From: Chlorokybus atmophyticus
Lineage: Eukaryota > Plantae > Mesostigma and Chlorokybus algae
DNA: 64,000 bases
Reading direction: 5' to 3'
Assembly: GCA_009103225.1 (NCBI GenBank)
Contig: RHPI01000277.1
Location: 580,074-644,073, forward strand
Shown here: positions 44,146-61,385 of the stretch, one piece after another
Position numbering within the stretch: position 1 is the first letter of the stretch
Layout of the letters: every line of letters begins with the position of its first letter
Program-made: the position numbers and the translations under genes
The notes under the pieces: generated by a model
The model's database searches: none
Seen by the model: only the letters and a program-made list of their open reading frames with translations
Told to the model about the DNA's origin: nothing

Positions 44146-44650
44146 CGTCCAGCCACCTTCAGCCGTTCGCTTTGTACACCTGATGCCTATCGCACGGCAC
44201 AGAACATCTGTCACGTAACGTAAAGGATCATTGCCTTGCCGGCTTTGAGATACGTAGGATACGCTGCGTGTCTCTTGTCTCTGCGTATCTGACTTTGGTC
44301 AAAGCAAAGCTGCAGGCTGCAGGCTGACCGACTTGGCCCAGGCGACGGCGGAGTAGGCGTAGGCGCAGGCGCAGGCGTAGGTGTGGGTGTTGTAGGTGTC
44401 GCGAGGCACGTCGTGCAGTGGAGAGGCCGACAACTCTCGTACAGCTTGTCTACTTCTTGCTGGGGTGGGCTGCCCTTGGTTTGTACGTAGGCTGCTGGCC
44501 TGAGGTGGCCAACGTTTGCTGTTGCTCTGCGGGGTCGAGGCGGCTGTGTTGTGCGTCAGCAGCAAATGGCAAGGAAGGCTTTATGTAAAGTGTGAGAGGG
44601 TTGCAACTTGAAGCCGAGAGTTTGGCGACAACCACTGGCGATCGGGGACG

Positions 44651-47157
44651 ATGGCTATGCGGGGATGTCTCCAATTCATGCTCAAGCTCACAAATATGGC
44701 GCTAGCTATGGTGAGCAGCTCATTACCTTGTATTTTATCTAACACGCTTCACGACGGTGACGTTGTATTTATCCTAGTCGAATTGCACCGTGTGTGCAGC
44801 AATCCGTAGGCCAGCGCCGTCAGAAGCATTCGCAGAGCATTCTGTGCTTAATTCCGGCGTCAACGAGCAGCTTGTCAGTAGATACGATGGGTGTGTGCAT
44901 GTCCCGACGGTGCCTGATAGACAGCAATTTGCAGTATGGTGTAGCCTTGCAACAGCATACACAGTTGCAAGGCTACAGCGTTCTGCGATTGGGGAGGGTT
45001 GTAAGCTGTGTACGCTATGCTGCGCGTGCCTGTTCTGGAGGTTCGTCTAGCTAAGTGACTTAAGTGCTGTGGCATCAACCAACGCTGCTTAGACTGGAGG
45101 ATGCCAGACTCCATAAGAGTCAGGTCCAGTTGATCAGTAATTCTATTGTACCAAAATCGCGCATTGAATGCAGCAGTTTTGCTGGTTGCTGGTGTACCTT
45201 TTGTGTGGATGGTTTTTTTTGCAACAAGGTGGCACCTGCCTATCACTGCAGGAGGATGCAAAGAGACAGACAACACACTCACGGAGGATGCAAAGAGATT
45301 GTCTGTCTCTTTGCATCCTCCTGCAGTGATATATCAACAGCTTCTTTTGATCGCTGTCCGCGCCTGGCAGGTGGGCTTGGCCATGATCGTGTACAGTTTG
45401 TGGATGCTGCGAGCGACGCAGTTGAAAGAAGCAGGCGGCGATGGCAGCGGTTCTGCCACCAACAATACCTTGCAAAACTCTACATTCGATTCCTCTCTAC
45501 TCTCTTGGAATTGGACACTGCAGCCCGCCTCTGCGCACTTCGCTCCTGAGCCCGCACCTGCTCCTGTACCCCTTCCTGAACCTTCTCCAGCTCCAGGGCC
45601 GTCAGCAGAGCCTCAAAGCATTCCATGGTAAGCTGCACTTCTCTAGCTTGTTATACATGAACTGCAACGATGCATTCAATTCAAGCATGCATTATTGTAC
45701 TGTGGTACTCGATGTTGGCTTGCTATATATACGATCATGTAAGGACAGAGCAGTTGTGATGCATGTATGTGGTGGCAGGTTCATCTACGGCTTTCTGGCT
45801 GCAGGGTGCCTGACATTCTGTGTCAGCACGTTGGGTTTGATTGGAGCCGAAACAGGAAGTGGCTGCTGCTTAATCAGCGTATCCACCCAGCGTGTGTTGC
45901 TTATGTTCTGGTTGACTGCTGCACACAGTCTTGCCGCATGCAGCCAAATACTTGGCTGATTGTTGATGGCACATGGAATGTCTGTGCGAGGTTTTGTTGT
46001 GCAGCATGTTGCCACACCTTGACCATGTGACATAGTACGCTGTTGGACTGGTAGTAATGCTGGCGGCTCAGATCGGGCTGGCTGTGGCTTTCTACGTCGA
46101 CGACTCGTGGACAAAGAAGCTGCCACCTGATTCATCTGGTACGCTCGTCATGCAAACTTGACAGGTTTAGCGCCCATGTTGCTCATTGTGAAACATTGCA
46201 TAGGTGATGCATACGGGTCTCCCTTGTAAGTGAGTAATCGTTCGCTGCAGGTCAAGCGGCCAAGACGTACAAGTTCATCACGGAAAATTTGCAGATTGTG
46301 CGCATTGTGGCAGTGGTGCTGCTGGCTTTGCAGGTGCGTGATATGGTTGGCGAAACGCTTGCACAATTGGTTACTGTCTGTTCGCAATCTGTTTGTGACA
46401 AGCTGCCACAACTTGTGGCAGCTTGTCTGTTTGGATTACTTTTCTTGCGCAATGTTATATGACACTCCATACCAGCATGTTACAAATCTTTGTGCTTGCG
46501 GAATGCAGGTGTTGAGTGTATGTTTTGCGCTGGCATTGCGAAGCACCAGACCAACCGGTCTGGAGGCTCTTGAAGATGAAGAGGATGTGGAGACTCCCAG
46601 GCGAACACCGCTGTTGCAGAATAACAGGCCGAAAGCGGCATCCGGTAGTAGTGCTGAGCGCTTGCCAACTGAACGCAGCCCGCTGATGAGCTCGAAGTCA
46701 TCTCCCTTGGCGTCGCCTGCGAAGACTCTTCCAGCCAGAGGCACACAGGGAAGAGCATCCAAAGACGAATGGACCATGCGCATGCGTGAGAAGGTGCGTG
46801 ACCAACGACTGTAACAGTGGTCGTTATTGATGGCACAAGCTTCCCATTTGCATCAGCAGCATGGTAATTATGAAACCAAACCCACTGTGCGTTGTGTAAT
46901 GCTTGAGACTGGCATGTTGATGCACGTCATCGCATGCTTGTGAGCATTGTGCTACTCGTGCAAGGCGCATGTAGTCCCTTGCACATTGTGTGTGTATAGC
47001 TGCGGGTCCCGTGCATTGGCAACCTGCTGATGCCATGACGTCTGCCATGCAGTATGGTCTAGACACTTCACAGTTTACGTACCCTGCCAATGGGCATCAA
47101 GGCAGCACATCCAGGTCAGTGCGGAAAGAGAGTGAAGGTCGTTGTACAGTTATGTAG
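44651..47157 (+). CDS. TOM2A: Tetraspanin-family TOM2A-like membrane protein with C-terminal CaaX
   Basis: Exons include 44651-44710 (MAMRGCLQFMLKLTNMALAM), 45371-45627, 45779-45878 (FIYGFLAAG...GCCLIS), ...DEWTMRMREK|YGLDTSQFTY...EGRCTVM* (stop 47155-47157). This is colinear with plant TOM2A (WSARMREKYGLDTSEFTY...GRCTIM). Confidence 0.88.
45241..45331. repeat. Perfect 33-bp inverted repeat (hairpin) in TOM2A intron 1
   Basis: tatcactgcaggaggatgcaaagagacagacaa (45241-45273) is the exact reverse complement of 45299-45331. The loop is 25 nt. Confidence 0.95.
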
Positions 47158-49293
47158 ATTACGGTTGTGGTTTGAAGAACCCGATAGGAATTTGGCTGGA
47201 TCTTTGTGGAGTGACTTGTGAGTTGATCTTTTGGTCGTCTTTTATCTTGCAAGCCTGGCATGCGCGATAGATGCCAAAGCAGTCAGTCTGTATAGCAATG
47301 CTGTTCCGGTTAAGCATATTAAAGCGCAGAGTTAATGTTGACTTTAGTTTCTGTTGAGCCTACATAGTGCAAGCAAATTAATCTGACTGTATAATTGTAC
47401 GTCATAATGCTGACAGTCATGTGGTTAACGAGTCTCTAGCGCTAGATGTCAGTTGGAGACAATTGCCACCATGTTGAGTAATGCGCGTGCATAATTGAAG
47501 TTATTGTAGATTGGCTCTTCAAGATTCATCGAGTGCATTGTGTCGACACCATAGAAAATGACCTGCCGTATTCAGTGGAAATGCTGCCATTATTTCAAAA
47601 TCATAAACTTTTGAAAGTAAATACCCACGGATGGCAGATGGCATGGCGCCATTTGCCCAATGTTGCTGGCATCATGGGCCATGATGCTAATAGTGGTGCC
47701 ACAATTCATGGCATCAAGCAAACAGGTGGACAAACACATAAACCGGTACTAGGGGCAAAAATTGTATATACGGTGGAGTAAAGGGCCATGAAAGCAACAC
47801 GCCAACACGGCAAGCACAAATGCGTTGATAAAGGCAAGGACACAATTGACATTGGTAAGTTTTGTGTGCATATGGCTTAGCTCGAGTTACTATCGGGTAA
47901 TCTTGTTTGAACCTTTATTGATAATATTTGATGAAAACGCCAGTGGTATGAAATGAGGCCAATTTCACGCGGTTTTACATTGTTCCGCGAGCGCCTAAAG
48001 CAAGTACTTACAACGTGCACACAATGTGGGATATAGTTGTGTGCCAGCGCTCACAGAGGAGTTATCACATTGTCTTTGCTTAAATTAAAATGCAAGGTGA
48101 ATTTGCACTTTTTCAGCACTCTTGTTTTTCAGCACGACAAAATGGCACATGAAAACCAACCAAACAGATAGTGGACATATAACTATTCCTGCAGCGCTGC
48201 ATGCGCATGCATTTGTTCCAGCCAGTTTTCAGTGGGGAGATAAGGGAAAACACGCAAGGCGGCCGAATAAGCATGATAGTGGTAACATTGAAAATCGGAA
48301 TTGTAACGTACGTATTGTTATTTAGTTGTTCATCTCGCCGCTTTTTAAGCCCCAACCTTTACTTCAGCCCTTTATCTGGAATGTCTACAAGCCGGCGTTG
48401 GGTGACTATTCTGAATCTTTATTTTTCTTTACAGCGACGCTGCGCAATACATGGATTATCGAGTTCGCGCTATCACACAAACACTTACATACATGCTTGT
48501 AAGAGTTTGGTTACGTATGCATAGCATTTTCGTTTTTCTTATTCCTCAATTTTAGTGTAGCAACGATGTGCATGTAATTACAATAACTTGCTGCAATTAA
48601 GCGCTTACATTAATTCATGGAATCCCCTTACTTGCAATAAAGCAACTTGAAGTATGGGTTAAATGCAAACAAGCATGACTTGTAGTGAAGCCAAAGCCCA
48701 GTGGAAACAGCAGAAAAAAAATAAATAAATAAACCATCAATTTCAAGATCCAATCTCATAAGCTTAAGATGTAAACAATAAGAACTCAAGTAGCAGCAGT
48801 GGTGTAAGGCAACTGATGATAGTGTGTTGCAAAAGACAACATGCATTGCAGGTTTTCCAGGAGGCAAGGACAATTTTGCATTTTAAATGATTCTTTTCGA
48901 ATGACATTTTTATCTTACATCATTATTAACTATTGCCTACAAACTGTATTTGACTGGTGCTTTAATACCTCTAACTGCTATATATCATATGCGTTTACTG
49001 TGCAGTCGACAACAATTGCCAACGACATGGGGATAAATGGTGATGCTTGTCTTGCTTTTAACTATCATTGCCTACTCTTGTGCTTTTTAGATATACCACT
49101 TGATCTCAATATGTTTTACGTTTTTATCTCGATTCGTCACTCAATAGTCGTGATAAGGGCTAAGGCTTGGCTAGATAGACATACGCTGCCACCCGCGTTA
49201 AGCGCATATCCGTTCATTCAACACAGGCATCAAACTCCAAAGCGACAGGGGTGCGTGTACATCGCAGCGGCGGCGGTGCGGCAGGCGGCGGCG

Positions 49294-50186
49294 ATGGCGG
49301 CGATGGCGGAGGCAACAGTGGCGGGGAGGTTGGTCCAGGACGAGGCTGGCGCAGAGATGGCCGAAAGGCCGTTGGATCCTGCTGAAGCATTTGCGGCAGC
49401 AGCGGCCGGGCCGAGGTTTGAGCCGGCAACGGCGGCGGCAGCTGGGGCCGACGCAAAGGGTTTCAGGGCGGAGTACAGGAGGTTGCCTGTGCCGTCGCAC
49501 AGGTACACACCGCTAAAGGAGAGCTGGCTGGCGCTGTACGGGCCTCTTACGGAGCAATTGAAGCTAGACGTGCGGATGAACCTGCACACGCGCAAGGTGG
49601 AGCTGAAGACGACGCCAGACACCCCCGACCCCCCCGCCGCCCTCCAGAAAGGCGCAGACTTTGTGGAGGCCTTCCTGAAGGGCTTCGACGTCGCCGACGC
49701 GGTCGCCCTCCTCCGCCTAGAGGACATCTACATGGAGAGCTTCCAGGTCAAGGACGTCAAGACCCTGCGCGGCGAACATCTCTCCCGTGCCATTGGTGAG
49801 AGGGATGCCAGTGTTTTGTTGTATCAATTGCTTGGCTCCATGACAGTTGCGCTGTTTTACTTGACATGCACGCACGCTGGCACATACGCACACGCAAACA
49901 AGCACGCCAACAGGCATGCATACAGGCATGCACATGCCCACGCACACACACGTGCAAATGCACTTGAACAGGACGGATGGCGGGGAAGGGAGGCAAGACG
50001 AAGTTTGCGATTGAGAATGCAACACGCACGCGCATAGTGGTGGCCGACACGCATATCCACATGTTAGGGTCCTTCGCCAACATCAAGATTGCCAGAGAGG
50101 CCGTCTGCAGCCTCATCCTCGGCTCCCCACCCGGCAAGGTCTACTCCAAGCTCAGGACCGTCATGGCGCGCATGTCCGAACGCTGA
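49294..50186 (+). CDS. PNO1: Pre-rRNA processing KH-domain protein PNO1/DIM2 (2 exons)
   Basis: Exons 49294-49795 and 49972-50186. Sequence: RRLPVPSHRYTPLKESW...LQKGADFVEAFLKGFDVADAVALLRLEDIYMESFQVKDVKTLRGEHLSRAIG|RMAGKGGKTKFAIENATRTRIV...GSPPGKVYSKLR. Confidence 0.95.
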
Positions 50187-51108
50187 TCGAGGCAAAGTGT
50201 GTGTGCATTTCGTTGTTGAAACAGTTTCCAGTTTGTAAGGCACTTGACGTGACTACTTGTGTATATGTGCTTGCGCGCATTTGTCAGGTTTGTACCTCCA
50301 GTATGTTGTTGTAGTCTCGTTGATTGGCAATAAGCATTGCAAGTTGCATCAACTTATCTATCGTGCAGTACAACATAGAGTGGAGGAGAGGAAAAGTGTG
50401 GTTGCAATGACTTGTGTGCTGCTGCGCAGTCTGATACAATGTTCGTGTTCCTGTTTCTGCCAAAGTGCCAACGCTTTGTGGCAGCTTGCTATCAACCCTG
50501 CCACCATCGTTGTAGACGCCTGTATAACGGATTTCGTATAAGCGGTGAGAAGCTGCCTGTGGTCATTGCCTAGAGGTCGTGCGTGGGGCGTTGCGCGCTA
50601 GCGATGGTGCCTGCCTGTTGATGCTCGCGCGTGTGGACTATGCGCGCACCGTCGTGTTGTTGACGCTGTGTGTGCTGTTGTGTTGACCATGTACTTGTTG
50701 CTGTATCGTTGCCATGGCTGCTGTAAAGACGCTGGGCAGTTCTAAGTGTAGGAAGCTTACAACCCATCTGCCCGTTGACCTAACATGCGCTCAGCATGAC
50801 ACTGCCGTTATTACGGATCATCCACACTTACAACACGTGTAGGATGTTTGCTGGAACGTGCAGCGTAAGAGCTCGTCCATTCTTCACTGCTAGCACTGGT
50901 ACATTGGTCGGATACTCTGTTGTGGCGTCCCTGACCTTGTAGCTTCATGATGGACTGTAACTCAGTTACATGTTTAGTAGTACATGTTATTACAAGGGTT
51001 TAGTTGGCGAGCTGTTCAGTGTCTCGCAGCAATAAATGAAAGTCCGGAAAGAGACTAGACAGTGTTTTAGACAGTACTAATTCACGAAGTTGTTGTTGTT
51101 GTTGTTTT

Positions 51109-56129
<5,021 letters not shown>

Positions 56130-57822
56130 CCCGGCCTCCGCCACGTGGCGAGCTGTTAAGCCCAGGCCACACGGCCTGCTGAGCTCCAGGCCAAAAGGCG
56201 GTTGGGCGCTCGGGCGCAGCTCCAGCGACCTCCAACGACTCTCATCACGTGCGTGTGTCACAGTCGACTGCGACTCACAGAGGCGCATTAGTTGTGACTG
56301 ATGCTTCGCTTTGGTACCCCTCGAGCCCCCTACACTAGTCCCTTCGCAAAAGTGGGTGGGGCTGAATGATAAAGTATAATGGCTTGCTCGCAATGTTTGC
56401 CCCTATCAGAGCTCCCCTCATTGACTGTTTTTGTTGCAAATGGAAAAATGCGAAGGCCACATATTATTGCACAACGGTTGCAAAGGTTGCGCGTCTCGCA
56501 CGCATAGCATACAATATGTGATATATCGTAAACCTTTTTGTGGTATAAGCGTATTACAGTGTTAAAATATTGTATCCTTGGAAATTTCTTATATTGTATA
56601 CGATAAACACGCTTTGACATATACATATATGTTGAAGCGTATATTGAATGTACATAAATGCGCAAAGCTTAACACCCTATTCAATTGGGTGTTATGCAAT
56701 GTTCAAGTTGATTATACATAATGCTTGCAATATTTGCTCAATTTGGGCACAACTCGTTGTCATCAATTGCTGGAAAATGTTGCTTAAAAAGTACTTAAGT
56801 TGTTAAGAGCTTCACGAAGGAATAATTCTTGCACAATGTTATAAGTCATTATCTTTGCTTTAATTTGCATGTTGAGACGTAAGAACATGTCACAGTAAAT
56901 ATCGGTTAGATATGCCCTCTAGATACGCCATCCGGAAGGCCCATCCAATAATGGGAGGCAATAATGCCATACGATTGCATGCACATGTGCATTCATTGCA
57001 CACATATATAAGGCCACACAGGTTTTGTATGGCACGCGCTGCGTTCAACGCAGTAAGTCACCAAATGAGACAAGTATGACATTGGGTAGCAACAGCTAGA
57101 GATAAATAAGTAGGTCAATGCATGAGGTGGCACCTAGCCTTAAGGTGTCATCATACATGTCGAGGTATCATCATACGCTATGGCCACAAGGAGTGTGCAC
57201 ACTCCCACTTTTGTTCTGCATGCCTCGTGATCAACGTTGCGGACTTATAATAACCATTCATAAATGGTTGGAGGAGGGATTAACACCCCTTTGCGATCAA
57301 GCAAGATGCTTGATAGCCGTATATAGGGCACATGGCTCGAATTGCAAAGGTTTTTCCCAGCCGATGTTTCATGTGCATTATCATGAGCATACGAATGCAT
57401 GCTTATAGCCGCTATTACGGCAATGCAATCGTTTATAAGTAAATGCTCGCCATTGCACCGTAATAAACATTGTTGTGCACTAGTGTGCGTTTGCTCTATT
57501 CAAAAATAATATTTTAAGCCATAAAACGGGTTGCTCTGTTATTGTATGCCATTGCATGCACGAATGATGCATGATATTGTTAGTGCGATTTGCAATGTGG
57601 TATATAAAGTAAAGCTACTTGAAGCATTTTGGCTTGCTTTGCTTTGTTTATCGCATTAGTGACGGCGGGAACAGCGAGGGGCTGTAGACAATTGTGATCG
57701 TGGCGCATGGCGGCACCAATTGCTGTCCTCTAAGCTATCAAATTTTGGTGACTATACCCCACCCCACCCCCATCATCACCACCACCCCCGCCCCGCTATA
57801 AATACTTGGGGGGGTGGGGTGG

Positions 57823-58278
57823 NNNNNNNNNNNNNNNNNNNNNNNNNNNNNNNNNNNNNNNNNNNNNNNNNNNNNNNNNNNNNNNNNNNNNNNNNNNNNN
57901 NNNNNNNNNNNNNNNNNNNNNNNNNNNNNNNNNNNNNNNNNNNNNNNNNNNNNNNNNNNNNNNNNNNNNNNNNNNNNNNNNNNNNNNNNNNNNNNNNNNN
58001 NNNNNNNNNNNNNNNNNNNNNNNNNNNNNNNNNNNNNNNNNNNNNNNNNNNNNNNNNNNNNNNNNNNNNNNNNNNNNNNNNNNNNNNNNNNNNNNNNNNN
58101 NNNNNNNNNNNNNNNNNNNNNNNNNNNNNNNNNNNNNNNNNNNNNNNNNNNNNNNNNNNNNNNNNNNNNNNNNNNNNNNNNNNNNNNNNNNNNNNNNNNN
58201 NNNNNNNNNNNNNNNNNNNNNNNNNNNNNNNNNNNNNNNNNNNNNNNNNNNNNNNNNNNNNNNNNNNNNNNNNNNNNN
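57823..58278. other. Assembly gap flanked by G-rich tracts
   Basis: Run of N. Confidence 0.98.
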
Positions 58279-58711
58279 GGGAAGGGGACGGGGGGCTTTC
58301 TTCGATGGCCGTAAGCTCTCGGGGGTGGTTCTTAACGAGATATGGTGCACCTCACATACTATTGTCGCATATGATGCGTTGCACACGTGCGTGCAAGCCT
58401 TGGCCTTGGCAGCCTGCCGGGGGAAGATCCGAGAACTTCTGCGGATACTTTTTGAAGGCAGGTGGCACAAGCACGCTATCAGCGCATTTATAGCATGCTG
58501 GACCACTTGCAAGGATTGATGGCATGTCACACGACAATTTTGACACCCCCCCCCCCCCCCGCGCGCCTCGCGCCCCTAGTAAAGTTACATGTGCTTGTCA
58601 CAACGCAGTGCACTACTTGATGTAGAGCATTCGATGGAATGGGATCCCACCAATTCCACTATACACTGTGGCATCTGAAATTCGTATTCCCATGCATTGT
58701 GTCACACGGTG

Positions 58712-58742
<31 letters not shown>

Positions 58743-59019
58743 CGCACATATACCACATTTTGTGGCTATTGCGTGTGGGTGCGGCATGAGTGCAACCTGC
58801 TCTGCACACATGCAAATGAGAACAATGCCGCTGTGAGTACAAGCTGCTGCTCCAAAAGATTGTCAAGAACTAGCTTACAAGTCGTCTTCAAATTGGACTG
58901 CGGCCACTGTGTACTGGCAGGTTCGTGTATAAGCAGCAAGGGCGTACAATAGCTGAAGCGTAAAAGTGTACACAGTGTCCTTCACCGGAGCACTGCAAAT
59001 GTGCGGGTGCAGAGGTCTA

Positions 59020-59103
59020 GCATGCGTACAACCAGGTGGCGACGCCCGTGTTGTCATCTGCCGGCATGCCGATCGTGCTGGGGTCGGTAGAGAAGGTGGT
59101 GAA
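59020..59103 (-). pseudogene. Fragment of a paralogous copy of the last exon of the heparinase II/III-like gene
   Basis: Minus strand reads ttcaccaccttctctaccgaccccagcacgat...acgggcgtcgccacctggttgtacgcatgc (FTTFSTDPSTI...NTGVA). The plus-strand copy at 63757-63850 reads tccaccaccttctctacagaccccggcacgat...gcgggcgtcaccaacctggttgtacgcatgc (STTFSTDPGTM...NAGVTNLVVRM). Confidence 0.8.
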
Positions 59104-59212
59104 ATGCACTTTGAGATTGATCAAGATTGGAAGTTCGCTTTTGCATGCAGAGGCGGATTCTGCTGATATGCCGAAAACAACGGTGTTGTTGATATAAGTT
59201 GTTGTTGTTATT

Positions 59213-61109
59213 GCTTCTAGCAGCACTGCTAGTGACGTGACGTGAGTTGACGTGACTTAGGCGTTCAACTCAACAGCAGCAGCAACCGACTTTACTCTGC
59301 TGCTGAGAAGAGCGGGAGCGCGATCATGTATCCACAAGGGAGCTGCAGCCCAATACCATACCAGCAAGATCACCTGTCACGAGTCTCGGAGGTTGTAGTG
59401 AGCGGAGACCAGCGGCTACTCTCTGCTCACTGCAAGTCTCTCAAGCGGTACATTAGCGGCCGCCGAAGAGACAGCCGCCTGGACTGGTGACTTGACTACC
59501 CGCTCTTGCAGCTACGCCAGCAGGGCGCAGTGGGGCTGAGAGCTGCAGTCACGTCACCATAGCTGACAGGTGTAGTACACCTCTCCTCTGCCTCGCCCTG
59601 CTTTTTGCTCTTGTGCTCCCTCCCCGCCGAGCCCACACACATCGTTCACGGCATGAGCAGCTGCTCCCAGAGTAACCACACACAGCCTCCCACCCTTCAA
59701 CCAGCCCTCCAGGGTCTACCACCCTAAGTCGCCAAAACAGTGTGTATACACAGTAGTTGAGTGTGTGCGTGTGTGTGCGGTTTTGCCGCCTCAGACACCG
59801 TGTGACACACCGCGTGTCTGCAAGGGCCCAAGAGTAGGAGAGCGAGCCATGATTGCATGGTGACATGTCAGCAACCTTCAACCGGCCTCTTGGGGCCATG
59901 TGCACGTATGGAACGTTTGGTCCCCTGGAAAGCTGCCACTACTAGCGTATTACATGTATGTTGAGCCTTGAGGCCGGTCTTGCACAATGTATGGCATAAA
60001 CTTGGCCATAGCATTGTCTCATCTTGTTGAGTGACAGGGTTCTGTATGTTCTTTCTCTTACAAGAAGGGTTGTTGTTAATAACGCGACAAATTGTGCACT
60101 TACAATGTAGTATACTTAAAATAGCGCGACAGAATGTAATTCAATACAACACAGTGCACAGTATGTGATGCAATGTGATGACGTGCATATCATCGTCTGG
60201 CATGTAAGTTGTATAGATCAGGTGTACTTACACCAAACTTGCTATACCATTACTTATGCATGTCGTTAAATCACACTTTCCGTTCAGGAGCAAGCAGGTG
60301 ATATCATGTCATCGCAATGAGCATGGAGTCTCTTCTCAACATATGCCTACTATTATTCTATAGAACAGAATGGTAGTGGTACAACGCCTTTGCCGTCTGC
60401 AAACTACCACCTGTCACATCACATCATCAGGTTCACTCCTTGTCGATCGGCCTGCACGCGCTGCTCTTGACGTAACTCGTAGAGTGGGCCTCCGAGAGAG
60501 CTGCATTCGCCGTCCGTATAAAGCCTCCTCTGTGTCCCAGATGTGCCGTACAAGTCATGGGCTGGTCGCAGGTCTCGTATTCATGGGCCCTTGCAGACAC
60601 AAGCGCAAACACGCACACATTCCGATTTTGCGACTGAGGGCCAAAGAGTCAGTGCGTGGGACCCAGGGTGGGTGGGTGGGGGCTGTGGGTGGGGTTATAC
60701 CGGGAGCAGCTGCTCATACCTGGACGATGCGGGCTCGGCGGAGGGAGCACCACAGGATGAGGCAGAGGAGAGGTGTACTGCACTTGGCAGCGATAGTGAC
60801 AAGACTGCAGCTCTCAGGTCCACTGCGCCCTGCTGGAGTAGCTGCAAGCGGGTGGTCCAAGTCACGAGTCCAGGCCATTGTCTGTTCCGCGGCCGCTGAT
60901 GTACCGCACTAGACTTGTAGTAGCCAGGCAGCGGCAGCCTTGTGACTATCCCTTCTGGATTTTTCTGTTGTTGGGTTGCCTGCCTTGTTGACGATTGATG
61001 TGCTCCTTTCTCGGCAGCAGAGCAGAGGAGGTTGCTGTTGAGCTTGCGGCTGAGGTAGCGCTCTAAGTCGTCACGTCATGTCACGTCACAAGCTGTGCTG
61101 CTTGGAAGC
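59213..61109. repeat. Diverged ~600-bp inverted repeat (arms ~59213-59855 and ~60551-61109) forming duplicated upstream regions
   Basis: Colinear reverse-complement blocks: gtgtctgcaagggccca / tgggcccttgcagacac (59814-59830 / 60584-60600), gtacacctctcctctgcctc, agcagctgctccc, ctgagagctgcagtc, cagcagggcgcagtgg, and TGACGTGAC clusters at both outer ends. Confidence 0.88.
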
Positions 61110-61385
61110 GCTTCAACCGCGTCCCGCCTTGCTGCTGTGGGTAAAGCCTGTGGTGTAGTATAAATGGAGCAGCACTTGCCTGCACAGATGTATGCACGAG
61201 TAAAGTTGGGTAGGAAAGCTGCAGCAACCTTCAGCAGCTCGGTACGCCATCTGCTTCTCAGCATGCATGCACTTCTTGTCGCTCTGCAATGTCGCACTAT
61301 TGGTGCACACCATGCAAGCTTGTGGACATACGCTATTGCTACTGTGCACCATGTACTTACTGCTTGTGTGCGCGCAGTCCCATCC

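Noticed and set aside
48841-49293. N-terminal 150 aa of the 398-aa ORF upstream of PNO1
   Set aside because: AT-rich, non-coding-like composition. PNO1 similarity begins only after the ATG at 49294.
57720-58530. ORFs spanning the second N gap, including AFFDGRKLSGVVLNEIW... after it
   Set aside because: Mostly X. The short real part has no motif I recognise and cannot be assigned.
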